DNA of 64,000 bases from a virus. Under the pieces are notes generated by a model. That model did no database searches, was not told the origin of the DNA, and saw only the letters and a list, made by a program, of their open reading frames with translations. The DNA lies in IMG/VR virus record IMGVR_UViG_3300047157_000063, positions 7,676-71,675 of that record, one strand, 5' to 3'. This document shows positions 33,060-43,291 of this stretch, piece by piece. The translations under genes and the position numbers were made by a program. Position 1 is the first letter of the stretch; the number at the start of each line of letters is the position of its first letter.

Positions 33060-34409
33060 TTAACCTATCTTATTGATAAGAACTATTATCTTGTCTGTAT
33101 CAGGTTTTTGAGCAAATGTTATAGTAACAAGTCCGTCAGCTCCTCTTACCACATCAGCCATAGCAGTTAACCCAGTGTCAACTTCAATCAACTGAATCAT
33201 AAATTTAGTACTGTCATTTCCTATTGAAGCTGGAAGATTTTTATCAGCACCAGTTACAGTTACACCATGTTTTTTTAAGTTTATTGTTGTTGCTGAATTA
33301 TTACCAATTGTAGTAGAAAATTGTCTAGCCGTAATGTCAGTTGTTAAAGCAATAGTACCTGATGCATCTGGTAAAGAAACAACTCTAGCAGCAGTTGGAT
33401 CGCCACCTGTAAGTTTTATTTCATTAGTATCATCTGTAGTACCTTCAAATTCAATAGTATTGTTTTCTACAACTTTTACAGTTTCATTTAATGTTGTTTG
33501 AGTACCTTTTACTGTAAAGTCACCTTCAACTGTTAGGTTATCACCTATTGTAACTTCTGAACTAGCATTACCAATTGTTACAGGAACATCAGCTGTTGCT
33601 GTACCTATTGTAATACCGTTTGTAGTATTAGAATTATCTATATTTAATGTAGAGGTTGAATCTAAGGATATATTACTACCATCTACAACTAAAGTACCAT
33701 CTATGTCAGTATCGTCTAAATTAGATACACCATCTACGCTTAGATCAGTTGTTACTGTTAAATTGTTACCTATAGTTACATTATTTGGTAAACCAATTTG
33801 TACTTTAACATTTGTGCCAGGGACTTTGCAGGTTTTGTTACTGCTGTTTCTATTTCGTTTGCAGTACCTATTATTTGTAGGTCATCTGTTAATAGATCTA
33901 CATCTTGAGCACTAGGTATCAGCATCTACTGTAAGAGCTGTAGCTACACTTGCTGTAGTAGCGTTTGTTAATCTACCTTGTCTATCTACTGTGATTACTG
34001 GAATTGCTGTAGCTGATCCATATACACCACTGTTTGTAGCGGTCATGTCGGTAGATGTGTCGTCAAGATCGATTTTTAAAGTATAAGGTTGGGTTAAAGC
34101 AAGTGGATCACCAGATCGTACAAATGCAGTTGTTATACCTGTATCACCAGATATAACTAAATCAAAATTACCAGCTGTTACATCGTAAGCAACGCCACCA
34201 TCGTCTGTTACTTTTACTTGTCTTATGTCTCCAGAAAGATCTATCCAAGCCGATCCGTCGAGAAACTTTAGGTGAAACACTTCCTGTGTCGTATATTATT
34301 TTACCAGCTATGCGTGACTAGCGTTGCCTCTTGTTGTCTTGTGAAGGATCGCGTTTTGCAACTCTGATACGCTTCGTAAGTCTAAGTGATTTAAAATAGG
34401 TATTGCCAT
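33060..34409 (-). CDS. Tail fibre / spike-like protein (frameshifted)
   Basis: Starts MAIPILNHLDLRSVSELQNAILHK at ATG 34409; includes ORF 33912-34280 (YGSATAIPVITVDRQGRLT) and SLPDASGTIALT; stop at 33060. Confidence 0.65.
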
Positions 34410-34415
34410 TGTTTT

Positions 34416-35130
34416 TTAGTTTAAGTATGCGTAGCCACTTTCAGCAGCTGCTAAGTTTATTGTTAAGTTGTTTGAATCAGTGTATACGACACCAGCAAAA
34501 GCGCCGACGTTAGTGTAAACATTCATCGGAGCTTGAAAATTTTATACTAACGCTAGGAAATTTACCTAGGTTATGGTTTATTGTCCATGATGTCAGCTCG
34601 AACGTTGTTTGGTGATGGTGAGCGTATGTTTTATCACCTCCACTTTCAGCGTATATATCTATACCGTATACTTTTTCATTTACAATAGAACCGTTACCTG
34701 TTTGAAAGGTTAACGATAAGTTATAAAAATTAGAGTTACTGTCTACGTTAAAGCTATCTACTTTGTAAACACCAAAGTTGTTTTTATTACTTGTTTCGTA
34801 AATGATTATATTTTTACCAGCTAATAAAGCTAAAGCATTATTAAGAGGATTGTCAGGTTCGTTGTAGTTGTATTTGCTAACTTTTAGACTAGTTACACTA
34901 GTGAATGTATTATCACTAGATAACGTAAACTTAGCTTGACCACTACCCAACGTGCCATTATTATATTTATATGTAAAGCTACTACTAGAACCAGCAGTAT
35001 TTGATTCAGCTAGAAATTTTTGGACATCACCTACGATAAAGTTTCTAGTCGCCCCGCTTGAATCAGAGCCAAGCAATTTATCTCCTCTACTAACATTTGT
35101 GTCTTTAGTATAGCCACTTATTCTTGCCAT
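34416..35130 (-). CDS. Virion structural protein (C-terminal frameshift)
   Basis: MARISGY...WTINHNLGKFPSV; the shifted frame continues ...YTDSNNLTINLAAAESGYAYLN to a stop at 34416. Confidence 0.6.
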
Positions 35131-35135
35131 ATCTT

Positions 35136-35588
35136 TTACTTATTGCTTATTGATTTAAATTTTTCAGCTCCTCGTGAACCAAAATAAGCTACATAAACTG
35201 TAACTAGGAGTGTTTGCAGTAAAGAAACCCAACCTTCAGCTACATTAAATTCAATCTCAAAGCTATCTAATAAAATCAGTATAACCATAGATACAGTTAA
35301 GAATATTAAAGACATTGGACGTGTGTTTTTAGAAAGCCATGAATCAGATTTCATATCGCTATCCCAACGTTTAGATATCTCTTGCATTTCAACCATATCT
35401 TGTTCTAATAGTTTTAACGCTTTTTCTTTATCTTCCGCTGGCAATACATCGTCCTTTTGTATAAGGTTTTTAACCATACCTAAAACACCAGCGTCTGGTA
35501 AAATATCACCAGCCACACCTAATATACTAGGTGCAGCTTTAGATAAAAATTTACCTACCTTAGTTTCTGAGAATTTTTTCTTTGGCAT
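35136..35588 (-). CDS. Holin (3TM / GTA-holin-like)
   Basis: RWDSDMKSDSWLSKNTRP followed by two hydrophobic helices and YFGSRGAEKF. Confidence 0.65.
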   Translation of the reverse strand: MPKKKFSETKVGKFLSKAAPSILGVAGDILPDAGVLGMVKNLIQKDDVLPAEDKEKALKLLEQDMVEMQEISKRWDSDMKSDSWLSKNTRPMSLIFLTVSMVILILLDSFEIEFNVAEGWVSLLQTLLVTVYVAYFGSRGAEKFKSISNK

Positions 35589-36730
35589 TATGATTTAAAT
35601 TTCATGCCTTTCATTTTGAAAGACTTGTTATTACCAATTAAAGATGGTTTGTAATTTGCGGTAGAATCATCCATGTTTTCTGAAGCTTTCTTTTCTACTT
35701 TTGGATCTGAAGCCCCTGTGTTATTAACTGTAAAACTACCAGTTGCTGGATCATAAGTTCCACTTGTTTCAGTACCTTCGTTCCAATCTACTAAACCACT
35801 AGAACCTTCAGTAGACTTATTAGTTGTTGTAGTTGTTTCTGAACCAGGTGTTCCAGGTTGTGATTTACCACCAGTTCCTCTATTGAATAAACCTGTTTTA
35901 AATATATTATTTCTAGCTTCGTCTGGCACACCACCAGCTTCAACGCTTTCAATTTGTGCATCAACTGCTCTGGTTGTAAGCAGATCTTTCATCTCCTTCT
36001 ACACCTGCTTGCTCTGATTTCTTGTTTAGCAAACCTAAGAAACCTTTACCATCTCTTTTCTTTTCTAACTTCTTTAGTTTTTTAAGTTGTTTTCTATCAG
36101 CTATATCAATACCAGCTTGATTAGTTCTAACAGAATACCTATCATTATTATATAACATAGGTTTTTCTTCTGTTTTAGTTGTTGTTGTCGTAGTTTCGTT
36201 TGTACCTGGATTATTTTGTGTATAAGGTGTAAATTTTGCTTCTTTCTTTTCTTCAACAGCCATCAACCTTACCAATTTTCTTTAAACCAGTTTTCTCTGT
36301 TACAACATCATCAAATTTTTTCTTTGATTCATCAGTTACGCCTCTCTGTGTTTGCATGTCTTTTAGATAATTCTCAAACTTTCCTCCATAACCACCACCG
36401 GTTCTAATACCATCCATATCAGCATCCCAAGCTTGTTGCCAGCTCATTCTTTGTTTACCTTCAACACTCAGGAGTTGTTGTTACTGTTGTAGAACCCATA
36501 CTTGTTCCATCTGTAGAGTTTTCAAACACTTCCGTGTGTGGATGCCCTGGGTCTTCGTCACCCTCGTGTCCTTTGTCTTTTGCTACAGTTGGCTTATATA
36601 ATGCAGCACCTACAGAAGCGACAACATCGCTAGCTGATTGAGCTTCGTTACCTGAAGCCGCTGCAATAATATCTTTATCCATTTTTTTAGCAACTGCTTT
36701 TGCTTTAATTTTTTGATATATTGTACCCAT
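35588..36730 (-). CDS. Low-complexity hypothetical protein (probably one gene split into four ORFs)
   Basis: Abutting or overlapping ORFs 36461-36730, 36253-36447, 35961-36275 and 35588-35992 with similar T/G/K-rich composition. Confidence 0.45.
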
Positions 36731-36732
36731 GA

Positions 36733-37173
36733 TTATGTTAGTTTATTTTTGATTTTTTTACCATACTTTGCGGCAACTCGTTCTTCAGCGTCTTTTTCCC
36801 ACGCTAAATTACCAGCTCCCTCTATAATGTCTTTTCTTTTTGTAACTTCACCCTTCCACCAAACGTTTTGAGCATCGTAATCAAACAATGCTACAGTGTT
36901 TTCGCTAGGTTCTTTTACTATTTTTCTGTGTTTTGTGTCCCACAAGGTATTAAACTGATCTATATGAGCTTGCTCATGCGCCAGCATGTGTCTACCTTCC
37001 TCACTATTGAGGTCAACGGATTCGTCCGCAAATATAGTACCGTCTTTATTCGCCTCACCTTTAACACCAGGTTCTAGTTTTTTTCTAAACACTGGTGATG
37101 TTGGGGTAAACTTTTTCTCAGTAGATTGTTGATTAAATAAAGTTTCAGTAGATTTACTTAACTTAAAACCCAT
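36733..37173 (-). CDS. Zincin-like metallopeptidase domain protein
   Basis: HExxH motif in HMLAHEQAHIDQF with downstream WEKDAE; resembles DUF4157-type zincins. Confidence 0.65.
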   Translation of the reverse strand: MGFKLSKSTETLFNQQSTEKKFTPTSPVFRKKLEPGVKGEANKDGTIFADESVDLNSEEGRHMLAHEQAHIDQFNTLWDTKHRKIVKEPSENTVALFDYDAQNVWWKGEVTKRKDIIEGAGNLAWEKDAEERVAAKYGKKIKNKLT

Positions 37174-37382
37174 TACTTAGTCATTTTATCAGCTGCTTTA
37201 CTAGCAACAGCTCCCATAAGAGCTTTACCAGCTACGGCAGCTAAAGGCGCAAATTTAGATACTGCAGGTTTATACTTGCCTGGAGATCCAATTCCTGGTA
37301 ACTTAGGATTTACAATACCGTTATTGTTTGCAATTCCTGGATTTTGAAAAATGTTACTTGCTTTTTTTCCTGATTTTCCCAT
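37173..37382 (-). CDS. Small basic hypothetical protein
   Basis: 69-aa ORF tightly packed in the operon. Confidence 0.5.
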   Translation of the reverse strand: MGKSGKKASNIFQNPGIANNNGIVNPKLPGIGSPGKYKPAVSKFAPLAAVAGKALMGAVASKAADKMTK

Positions 37383-37384
37383 GA

Positions 37385-37825
37385 TTATCTGTCTTTATCT
37401 TTAATCATATCATCTATAGCTTTATTGTAAACTTTATCAGTATATGATTTGTTATTAAAAAATTTATTTCGTTCTGATGTGGGAAGGTCCTCTTCACCTA
37501 ATAAGATTCTGTATATACGGGATATGAGTTGAGAGCATTTAAATGAGGTTTTGTATATACTATATTTAATTGTAGTTCTATTTCTTTGACGCCATACATC
37601 TATCCAACCTTCTCTCCTAAGTCGTTCCCATCGGTTTTTATCCCATGAGTAAGTGTAAACACCATCTATAAAGTCATTACGTGTAAATCGCGATTTGCAA
37701 TCTAAATAGACTAAAAGTTCTAAATCAGCGTCTTTTAAGTCATAAGTTTTACAGGCCCATTTTCTAACAAGCCTGTAATACTTAAATAAATTCATTTCGC
37801 GTATATCTTGAGCACTTATCCTCAT
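37385..37825 (-). CDS. Conserved hypothetical protein, possibly winged-helix
   Basis: 146 aa; LKDADLELLVYLD...WERLRREGWIDVW pattern is wHTH-like; overlaps the groES stop. Confidence 0.5.
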   Translation of the reverse strand: MRISAQDIREMNLFKYYRLVRKWACKTYDLKDADLELLVYLDCKSRFTRNDFIDGVYTYSWDKNRWERLRREGWIDVWRQRNRTTIKYSIYKTSFKCSQLISRIYRILLGEEDLPTSERNKFFNNKSYTDKVYNKAIDDMIKDKDR

Positions 37826-38079
37826 TCTACTAAAACAACGTTACCAATTGATATAACATGATACATATTACCGTTCCAAGTTATACCATGCCCATTGTTT
37901 TTGTCATAATAGATAATATCACCATCTTGTATGCACTCTACTTTATGTCCAGCACTGATGACTCTAGCTTTTAGATACCTATTGTCACTATCTAACTTTT
38001 CTGTTATTTCTAAACCTGCTATTTTTTGCGGTTTTTCTTTAATTTTTTCTATTACGATGTTATAATTAATTGCTTTCAT
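37822..38079 (-). CDS. groES: Co-chaperonin GroES
   Basis: [11 protein letters not shown]...AGLEI...ARVISAG...IQDGDIIYY; adjacent to groEL. Confidence 0.8.
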   Translation of the reverse strand: MKAINYNIVIEKIKEKPQKIAGLEITEKLDSDNRYLKARVISAGHKVECIQDGDIIYYDKNNGHGITWNGNMYHVISIGNVVLVE

Positions 38080-39637
38080 TGACTCTCACGTTATTAATTA
38101 CACAATCTGCAGAAATTATTGTAGAAACCACACTAACTGCGTTCTTTAGTGCCGTTTTTGTTACCAAAACCGGGTCAATTATACCGGTTTCTACCATATT
38201 TACGTATTTTCCATTCGTTACATCTATTCCGTAACCTTTGGTTATACCTGTTTTCTTAGTATTCTCGAGTCCAGCGTTGTCTAATATAGTATTAAATGGT
38301 GATAATATAGATTTTAACAATATTTCTTCACCTACATTGCTAGGTTCGATGTTTTTTGATGCGTCAAACAACGCAACGCCTCCGCCAGGTACAATTCCTT
38401 CTTGTAAAGCTGCTTTTACTGCATATATAGAGTCTTCAACTCTGTCTTTCTTCTCTTTTAGCTCTACTTTTGAGTCAGCACCAACCTTTATAACGCCTAC
38501 AGAGCCAGAAAGCATAGCTAATCTTTCCTGTAGTTTCTTTTTAAAGTAAGGTTTTGTCTCTTTTTTAATGCTTTTCTTTACGTTTTTTATCCTTTCCTGT
38601 AAATCCTCGTTTACAAAACCAGTTGTAAGGACTGTAGTTCTGCTATCTGTCACAGATTTGACTACTTCACCCAAACAATCTGGCTGGATCAGATCTAAAT
38701 CGTCTCCAAGCTCTTCATTTACTACTTTAGCACCAGTTAAAAAGGCTAAATCATCAATAGCATCTTTCTTACTAGTTGCAAAACCAGGTGTGTCAATAAT
38801 ATTTACCTTAATATTACCTTTAACCTTGTTCATTAATAGTGCTGATTTGACCTGCTCGTCTACTTCAGCTACAATAAGTAGTGATCTTTTATTTTTAAGT
38901 ACATGTTCTAATATACTTTGTATCTTTCTTATGTTAGGTATAGGTGAAGATACGATCAAAACTAGCGGGTTTTCTAAAACACATCGCTGTTTGTCTTTGT
39001 CAGTTATAAAATATTGTGATGTTATACCTGAATCTATTTGAACTCCATCTACTATTTCTGCATAAGTTCTGTCATCTTCTGATTCTTCCATCAAAACTAC
39101 ACCATCTTTACCTACTTTATCATAAGCATCAGCAATTATATCGCCTAACTCCTTGTCATTGTTACAGCTTATTGATGAAACACTCTGTAACATATTGCCA
39201 GATACTGGCGTGGCGTGTTCTGAAAGGTATTTATTAACCTTTTCACTTGCTGATTTAATTCCATTTTTAATATCTCTTGTAGAATGATCTTTATATTCTG
39301 GATCATTAACTAGTTTTAAAAGTGATTGAGCAAGGACGGTAGCTGTAGTAGTACCGTCACCTGCTTCTTTCACCGTATTGCTGGCCGCTTCCTTTATTAA
39401 AGTTGCACCTATGTTTTCAACCGGATCGTGTAAGACTACAGATTCTGCTACTGTAACACCGTCTTTTGTGATAATCGGTTTACCCATTGCATCTTCGTAA
39501 ATAACACATTTACCAGACGCGCCTAATGTAGACTTAACAGCTTTCGCTAATTTATCTACACCAGCAATGATTTGACTCTTTGCGTCGTTACCAAAATGTA
39601 ATTCTTTTACATAACGACTAGGATTATTGTATTCCAT
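38066..39637 (-). CDS. groEL: Chaperonin GroEL
   Basis: [38 protein letters not shown] and [19 protein letters not shown]; no GGM tail. Confidence 0.97.
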   Translation of the reverse strand: MEYNNPSRYVKELHFGNDAKSQIIAGVDKLAKAVKSTLGASGKCVIYEDAMGKPIITKDGVTVAESVVLHDPVENIGATLIKEAASNTVKEAGDGTTTATVLAQSLLKLVNDPEYKDHSTRDIKNGIKSASEKVNKYLSEHATPVSGNMLQSVSSISCNNDKELGDIIADAYDKVGKDGVVLMEESEDDRTYAEIVDGVQIDSGITSQYFITDKDKQRCVLENPLVLIVSSPIPNIRKIQSILEHVLKNKRSLLIVAEVDEQVKSALLMNKVKGNIKVNIIDTPGFATSKKDAIDDLAFLTGAKVVNEELGDDLDLIQPDCLGEVVKSVTDSRTTVLTTGFVNEDLQERIKNVKKSIKKETKPYFKKKLQERLAMLSGSVGVIKVGADSKVELKEKKDRVEDSIYAVKAALQEGIVPGGGVALFDASKNIEPSNVGEEILLKSILSPFNTILDNAGLENTKKTGITKGYGIDVTNGKYVNMVETGIIDPVLVTKTALKNAVSVVSTIISADCVINNVRVNESN

Positions 39638-39667
39638 TTGATTTGATTAAATTTAATTAAATTGATT

Positions 39668-40015
39668 TTACTTAAATGTCTTAACTACTTTTGGTCCTTT
39701 TAAGAAGTCGACTTTCTTAGAGTAGTGCTCGATGCTACCATCAATAGCAGCTTCAGCACCTTCTATAGTTTCTCTTCTTGTGACGTCATGCCATTTTTCA
39801 CAGCATGTATCTTCTTTAGGATCACATGGACAATCGATGTCTTTGTATTCCGTTTGGAAGAAACCGTTAGGTAGTTGTACAATCCTCCAGTTTTTCTTTT
39901 CTGAAAGGTGTTTCCAAAGGTTTATAGTTTCTTCGGAGATTTGTGGTTGACTATTCCACGTATTAGTCTTGTAATAAAAATACGTCATTGTATTGGTATT
40001 TAGGTTAAGAGACAC
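39668..40015 (-). CDS. Conserved hypothetical protein
   Basis: KKNWRIVQLPNGFFQTE...WHDVTRRETIEGAEAAID; the true start may be MTYFYY. Confidence 0.6.
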   Translation of the reverse strand: MSLNLNTNTMTYFYYKTNTWNSQPQISEETINLWKHLSEKKNWRIVQLPNGFFQTEYKDIDCPCDPKEDTCCEKWHDVTRRETIEGAEAAIDGSIEHYSKKVDFLKGPKVVKTFK

Positions 40016-40036
40016 TTTGGTTATAGCGGGTCTCTG

Positions 40037-40270
40037 TTACGCTACTTCACCTCTACTGTGTGTAGCTCGATTATAAGCTATTGAGGTTCTTCTTACCGCT
40101 CCGCTTGGTGTGTGGTGTAAATCACTATCTGAGCGCTGGCCTATCCTTTGGTTCTCCGCACGTTTCTCTTCTCTGTCTTTAGTATTAGCCGCAGCTAAGT
40201 CTCTAGCACGCTTTGCAGCTAATGCTTCTCTTGATAATCCTTGGGAGTTACCCGGTCTTTTCTTTGCCAT
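40037..40270 (-). CDS. Small basic protein, first gene of the late arm
   Basis: 77 aa, R/K-rich, with SDLHHT motif; ATG is 5 nt after the class-2 promoter-like motif. Confidence 0.55.
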   Translation of the reverse strand: MAKKRPGNSQGLSREALAAKRARDLAAANTKDREEKRAENQRIGQRSDSDLHHTPSGAVRRTSIAYNRATHSRGEVA

Positions 40271-40275
40271 ACTAC

Positions 40276-40289
40276 TATTATTACACGCT
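40276..40289 (-). promoter_or_regulatory. Putative late promoter AGCGTGTAATAATA at the head of the late arm
   Basis: Exact match to 19293-19306; immediately upstream of the first minus-strand gene. Confidence 0.6.
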
Positions 40290-40311
40290 CTGTTTTAAAT
40301 TTAATAGAAAG

Positions 40312-40359
40312 TGTGACACAAGCTCCTTACTAGATATACTTATATAGGCTACTGTCACA
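40312..40359. promoter_or_regulatory. Inverted-repeat protein-binding site TGTGACA-NN-AGCT...AGGCT-NN-TGTCACA
   Basis: Arms at 40312-40318 and 40353-40359; the half-site AGGCT-NN-TGTCACA recurs at 47176-47189. Confidence 0.55.
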
Positions 40360-40489
40360 TATTTCAAAAGTTGTTAAATATTTAGAGATACTGTGTTGCT
40401 CCCTCTCTTTCCCGCCACCGTCGCCAGAGGAAAACCGCTTTCTTTTGCCCAGCCCCACCTTATTATCCACGTTTCATCGTATATACTCC

Positions 40490-40662
40490 GTGTATAGCAT
40501 CTCCTCCTCCCATCATATTCACCTGTGCTAATTCGTTCACACCATCACATATCTATGCTGTCATCTGATCATCACCATGTATAGCATTTCGCCTCGCCCT
40601 CCCATCCATGCCATATTGTCATGACTATCTGACACTGACATAATGACATGACACATTGACAT
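40490..40662. repeat. Non-coding C-rich repeat tract (candidate origin or genome-end/packaging region)
   Basis: Imperfect direct repeat TGTATAGCAT...CTCCCATC at about 40491 and 40578; clustered TGAC(A) units at 40622-40661; lies between divergent arms. Confidence 0.5.
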
Positions 40663-40672
40663 TCAACTAATT

Positions 40673-40703
40673 ACATAGCAAATACGAAGTCATATGGATA
40701 ATA
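40673..40703 (+). promoter_or_regulatory. Phage-specific early promoter motif, copy 1
   Basis: ACA-tagc-AAATACGAA-gtcata-TGGATAATA. Confidence 0.75.
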
Positions 40704-40801
40704 TATATGTAACTAATAACAAAGATAATAGTTAGACAATGAGAGACAGTGCGGAATACTACACAGCTAATATAACTCACTAAACAAAGTATATACTTTA
40801 C

Positions 40802-40832
40802 ACAATGTAAATACGAACTCGAATGGATAATA
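40802..40832 (+). promoter_or_regulatory. Phage-specific early promoter motif, copy 2
   Basis: ACA-atgt-AAATACGAA-ctcgaa-TGGATAATA, upstream of ORF 40860. Confidence 0.8.
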
Positions 40833-40859
40833 ATAATGTAACAAATAAATAAATATAAT

Positions 40860-41087
40860 ATGAGTAATTTAATTTCAAAAAGATTTGTCATCAGACAGTC
40901 GCTAGTAGGTAAAAATCAAAACATCACTGTTAACTTTAAAAATGGTAAAACAGTAACTTACAATCACGATAAAGTGTTTGAAGTAATGAAAAGTAAACTA
41001 ACTACTATGCCATGTTTCATAAAGTACAAATCTTACACTTCTTCAACAAGTGTTCCAGTAATCGCTAGAGAAGTAGTTGAACAATAG
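40860..41087 (+). CDS. First early protein (hypothetical)
   Basis: 75 aa MSNLISKRFVIRQSLVGKNQ...; directly downstream of two motif copies. Confidence 0.7.
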   Translation: MSNLISKRFVIRQSLVGKNQNITVNFKNGKTVTYNHDKVFEVMKSKLTTMPCFIKYKSYTSSTSVPVIAREVVEQ

Positions 41088-41112
41088 TAAACTACTAGCA
41101 ACTTTAAGTTCC

Positions 41113-41190
41113 ACTTGTTTCTATAAGTATAAAAATGCGAACAAGTAATTGAGTAAATGGTTTCTGTGAGTTCGATTCTCACCTACTCAT
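41113..41190 (+). ncRNA. Structured RNA with a tRNA T-arm minihelix
   Basis: Hairpin ACTTGTT/AACAAGT (41113-41146), then TGAGTA...GTGAG-TTCGATT-CTCAC-C-TACTCA: acceptor-like stem plus a perfect T-arm, with no D or anticodon arm. Confidence 0.5.
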
Positions 41191-41211
41191 CTAACAATTA
41201 AAATAATTAAA

Positions 41212-41346
41212 ATGAAAAGAAAGTTTCAACACTTTGCAATCAATGCAATATTGGTTTCGCTTGCAACACTAGCATTCACAGGAATAATAACTATTATATT
41301 CCACCTAGCATTCTCTAACCCAACTATAACTTTTGGCGGATGGTAA
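41212..41346 (+). CDS. Small membrane protein
   Basis: MKRKFQHFAINAILVSLATLAFTGIITIIFHLAFSNPTITFGGW (manual translation). Confidence 0.55.
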   Translation: MKRKFQHFAINAILVSLATLAFTGIITIIFHLAFSNPTITFGGW

Positions 41347-41956
41347 ACAAGAATAAAAATAACAAAACAGATATAATAATAAACTTTTTGTTTGTAGCAC
41401 TAGTATTTTATATCTTATACATATCACTGTGGATATTCTGTCCATGTTAAAATAAAGATTATGCAAGAATTATTAGATAAAATAGCACAAGAAACATATG
41501 GTGAATTCGGCTTCGCTACGTGTACTGACGAGCAACAACTAGAAATAATAACTAACAATTTAAAAATTAAATAATATGCAGTGGATTTTAAAGTGCGAAA
41601 ATGGTAAGCAAATAGATATGACTTACTATATAGGTCAACAAATGGAAAGAAAAATAACAAGACAAGATGTTCTTGAAAGAATTGAGTTTTATAAATCAAC
41701 TAATAAAAAATAATAATTATGGCACATAGAAATACTTACTTACTCAAAATATCATTTAGAGTATACGGAAAACATTGGAATTTACTAACTTATGACGAAC
41801 GCGCTCATGTAACAGACATATACTATGACTTCTACTAGAAAACACTCACACAAAGAATTGTGGTCATTCAGTGACGAGCACGTAATAGATAATATGATTT
41901 ACTCTAATGAGTTAGGTAAATATATAACTGTAGAAGAATATACTGACTTACATTAT

Positions 41957-41987
41957 ACAAACTAAATACGAAAAGAGTTGGATAATA
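41957..41987 (+). promoter_or_regulatory. Phage-specific early promoter motif, copy 3
   Basis: ACA-aact-AAATACGAA-aagagt-TGGATAATA; ATG at 41998. Confidence 0.8.
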
Positions 41988-41997
41988 ATATAAAATA

Positions 41998-42186
41998 ATG
42001 AATATGAATAAATTTAAGTTTACTAACTACAATGCACTTGGCAAACCTCAAAATGTTATACTAACAACAGATGAAGGTAATGAAGTGCTACAATGGTGGC
42101 CTCACACTATGTACTATGATAAAGGAGACAAAAAATATGTCTCATTTAAGAAGTTTTACAAAATAAATAATGAAATCTATGTCTAA
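41998..42186 (+). CDS. Early hypothetical protein
   Basis: 62-aa ORF directly after motif copy 3. Confidence 0.55.
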   Translation: MNMNKFKFTNYNALGKPQNVILTTDEGNEVLQWWPHTMYYDKGDKKYVSFKKFYKINNEIYV

Positions 42187-42427
42187 TAAAAAATACTTTG
42201 ATGACTTAACATTAGAAGAAATGTTTAAAGCGCACGACTGGACTTATATGTACTCAGATGATAATAGATATTATACATCAGGCAGAAGACAGAAAGAATT
42301 AATTGATAATAAAATAAAAGAATCAGGTGGTTGGTCACAAGATATTCTTAAAATACACAACAAGCATTGCCCAAAACCAATGCAGATGAGTGAAGAATGG
42401 CTAGAAAACTACTTACTAAAACAATAA
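42170..42427 (+). CDS. Early hypothetical protein
   Basis: 85 aa with HDWTYMYSDD...G motif of a kind seen in small phage proteins. Confidence 0.65.
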   Translation: MKSMSNKKYFDDLTLEEMFKAHDWTYMYSDDNRYYTSGRRQKELIDNKIKESGGWSQDILKIHNKHCPKPMQMSEEWLENYLLKQ

Positions 42428-43253
42428 ATAATATGACATGATTATCCTTACACGTGGAGACAAGAACAGACAAATGCTTTGAAGACTCGTTTCGCAAGAG
42501 CTCTACTAGTCGAGCACAATATAAAAGAAGTTACCACACAAAGACAAGCTATAAACGGCACAAGTGAGTTCGAGTTTCCTGTATCTGCTAGAAATTACTC
42601 ATGCAAATGGTGCTAAGTTCATTGCTTCACCTGATAGAAGACTAAGATTAGCTTGTTTCAAGTCGGGTTATGTAAGAAATCAAAACTCTTGCTCATCTAA
42701 CTATCAACTTAAATAAACACTTACAAGCAAGAATGTTAGGTACCACGTTCTTCGACAATGACAAAGGTGGCTTGTATACTAGCACAAAAGAATATATTTC
42801 TACACGCAAGACTAATTAATTACAGTGAGCTTGACAAGATTAAACTACATGTTAGAACTTTTACTTAAAGAAACTATTTAAACAGATAATGGAAAATAAA
42901 TTATAAGAAATTGTACTTAGATCACCACGATTGTACATTAGAATCTGAATGGACACAGGTGGTTATGATTTTGAAATGAGTACTGAGTATGCACCGCTGA
43001 TAGTTATGATGTATACTTATGCAGATACGCAGGTGAATCAACTAGATATATGCGAGAACATATACTACTATTCTCATGATTTAGAAGATATACTCATGGA
43101 AAAAATAGAAGAATGCGACAAAGTATATTGTGACGAGGGTATTGAAGATGAACTTACACATTGAGTGGGAACAAATATGTGAAGAAAATGGTTTAATCGA
43201 GTGGGATGATGACAACGAAGAATATCAAGTAGTCGGTGAAGATGAAGAATAAC

Positions 43254-43284
43254 ACAAACCAAATACGAATTAATTTGGATAATA
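43254..43284 (+). promoter_or_regulatory. Phage-specific early promoter motif, copy 4
   Basis: ACA-aacc-AAATACGAA-ttaatt-TGGATAATA; ATG at 43292. Confidence 0.8.
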
Positions 43285-43291
43285 TAATTGT

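Noticed and set aside
38238-39237. Plus-strand ORFs antisense to groEL (and similar ones at 606-1130, 22857, 30241, 31852, 47884)
   Set aside because: Shadow ORFs arising from codon bias on the opposite strand of well-supported genes.
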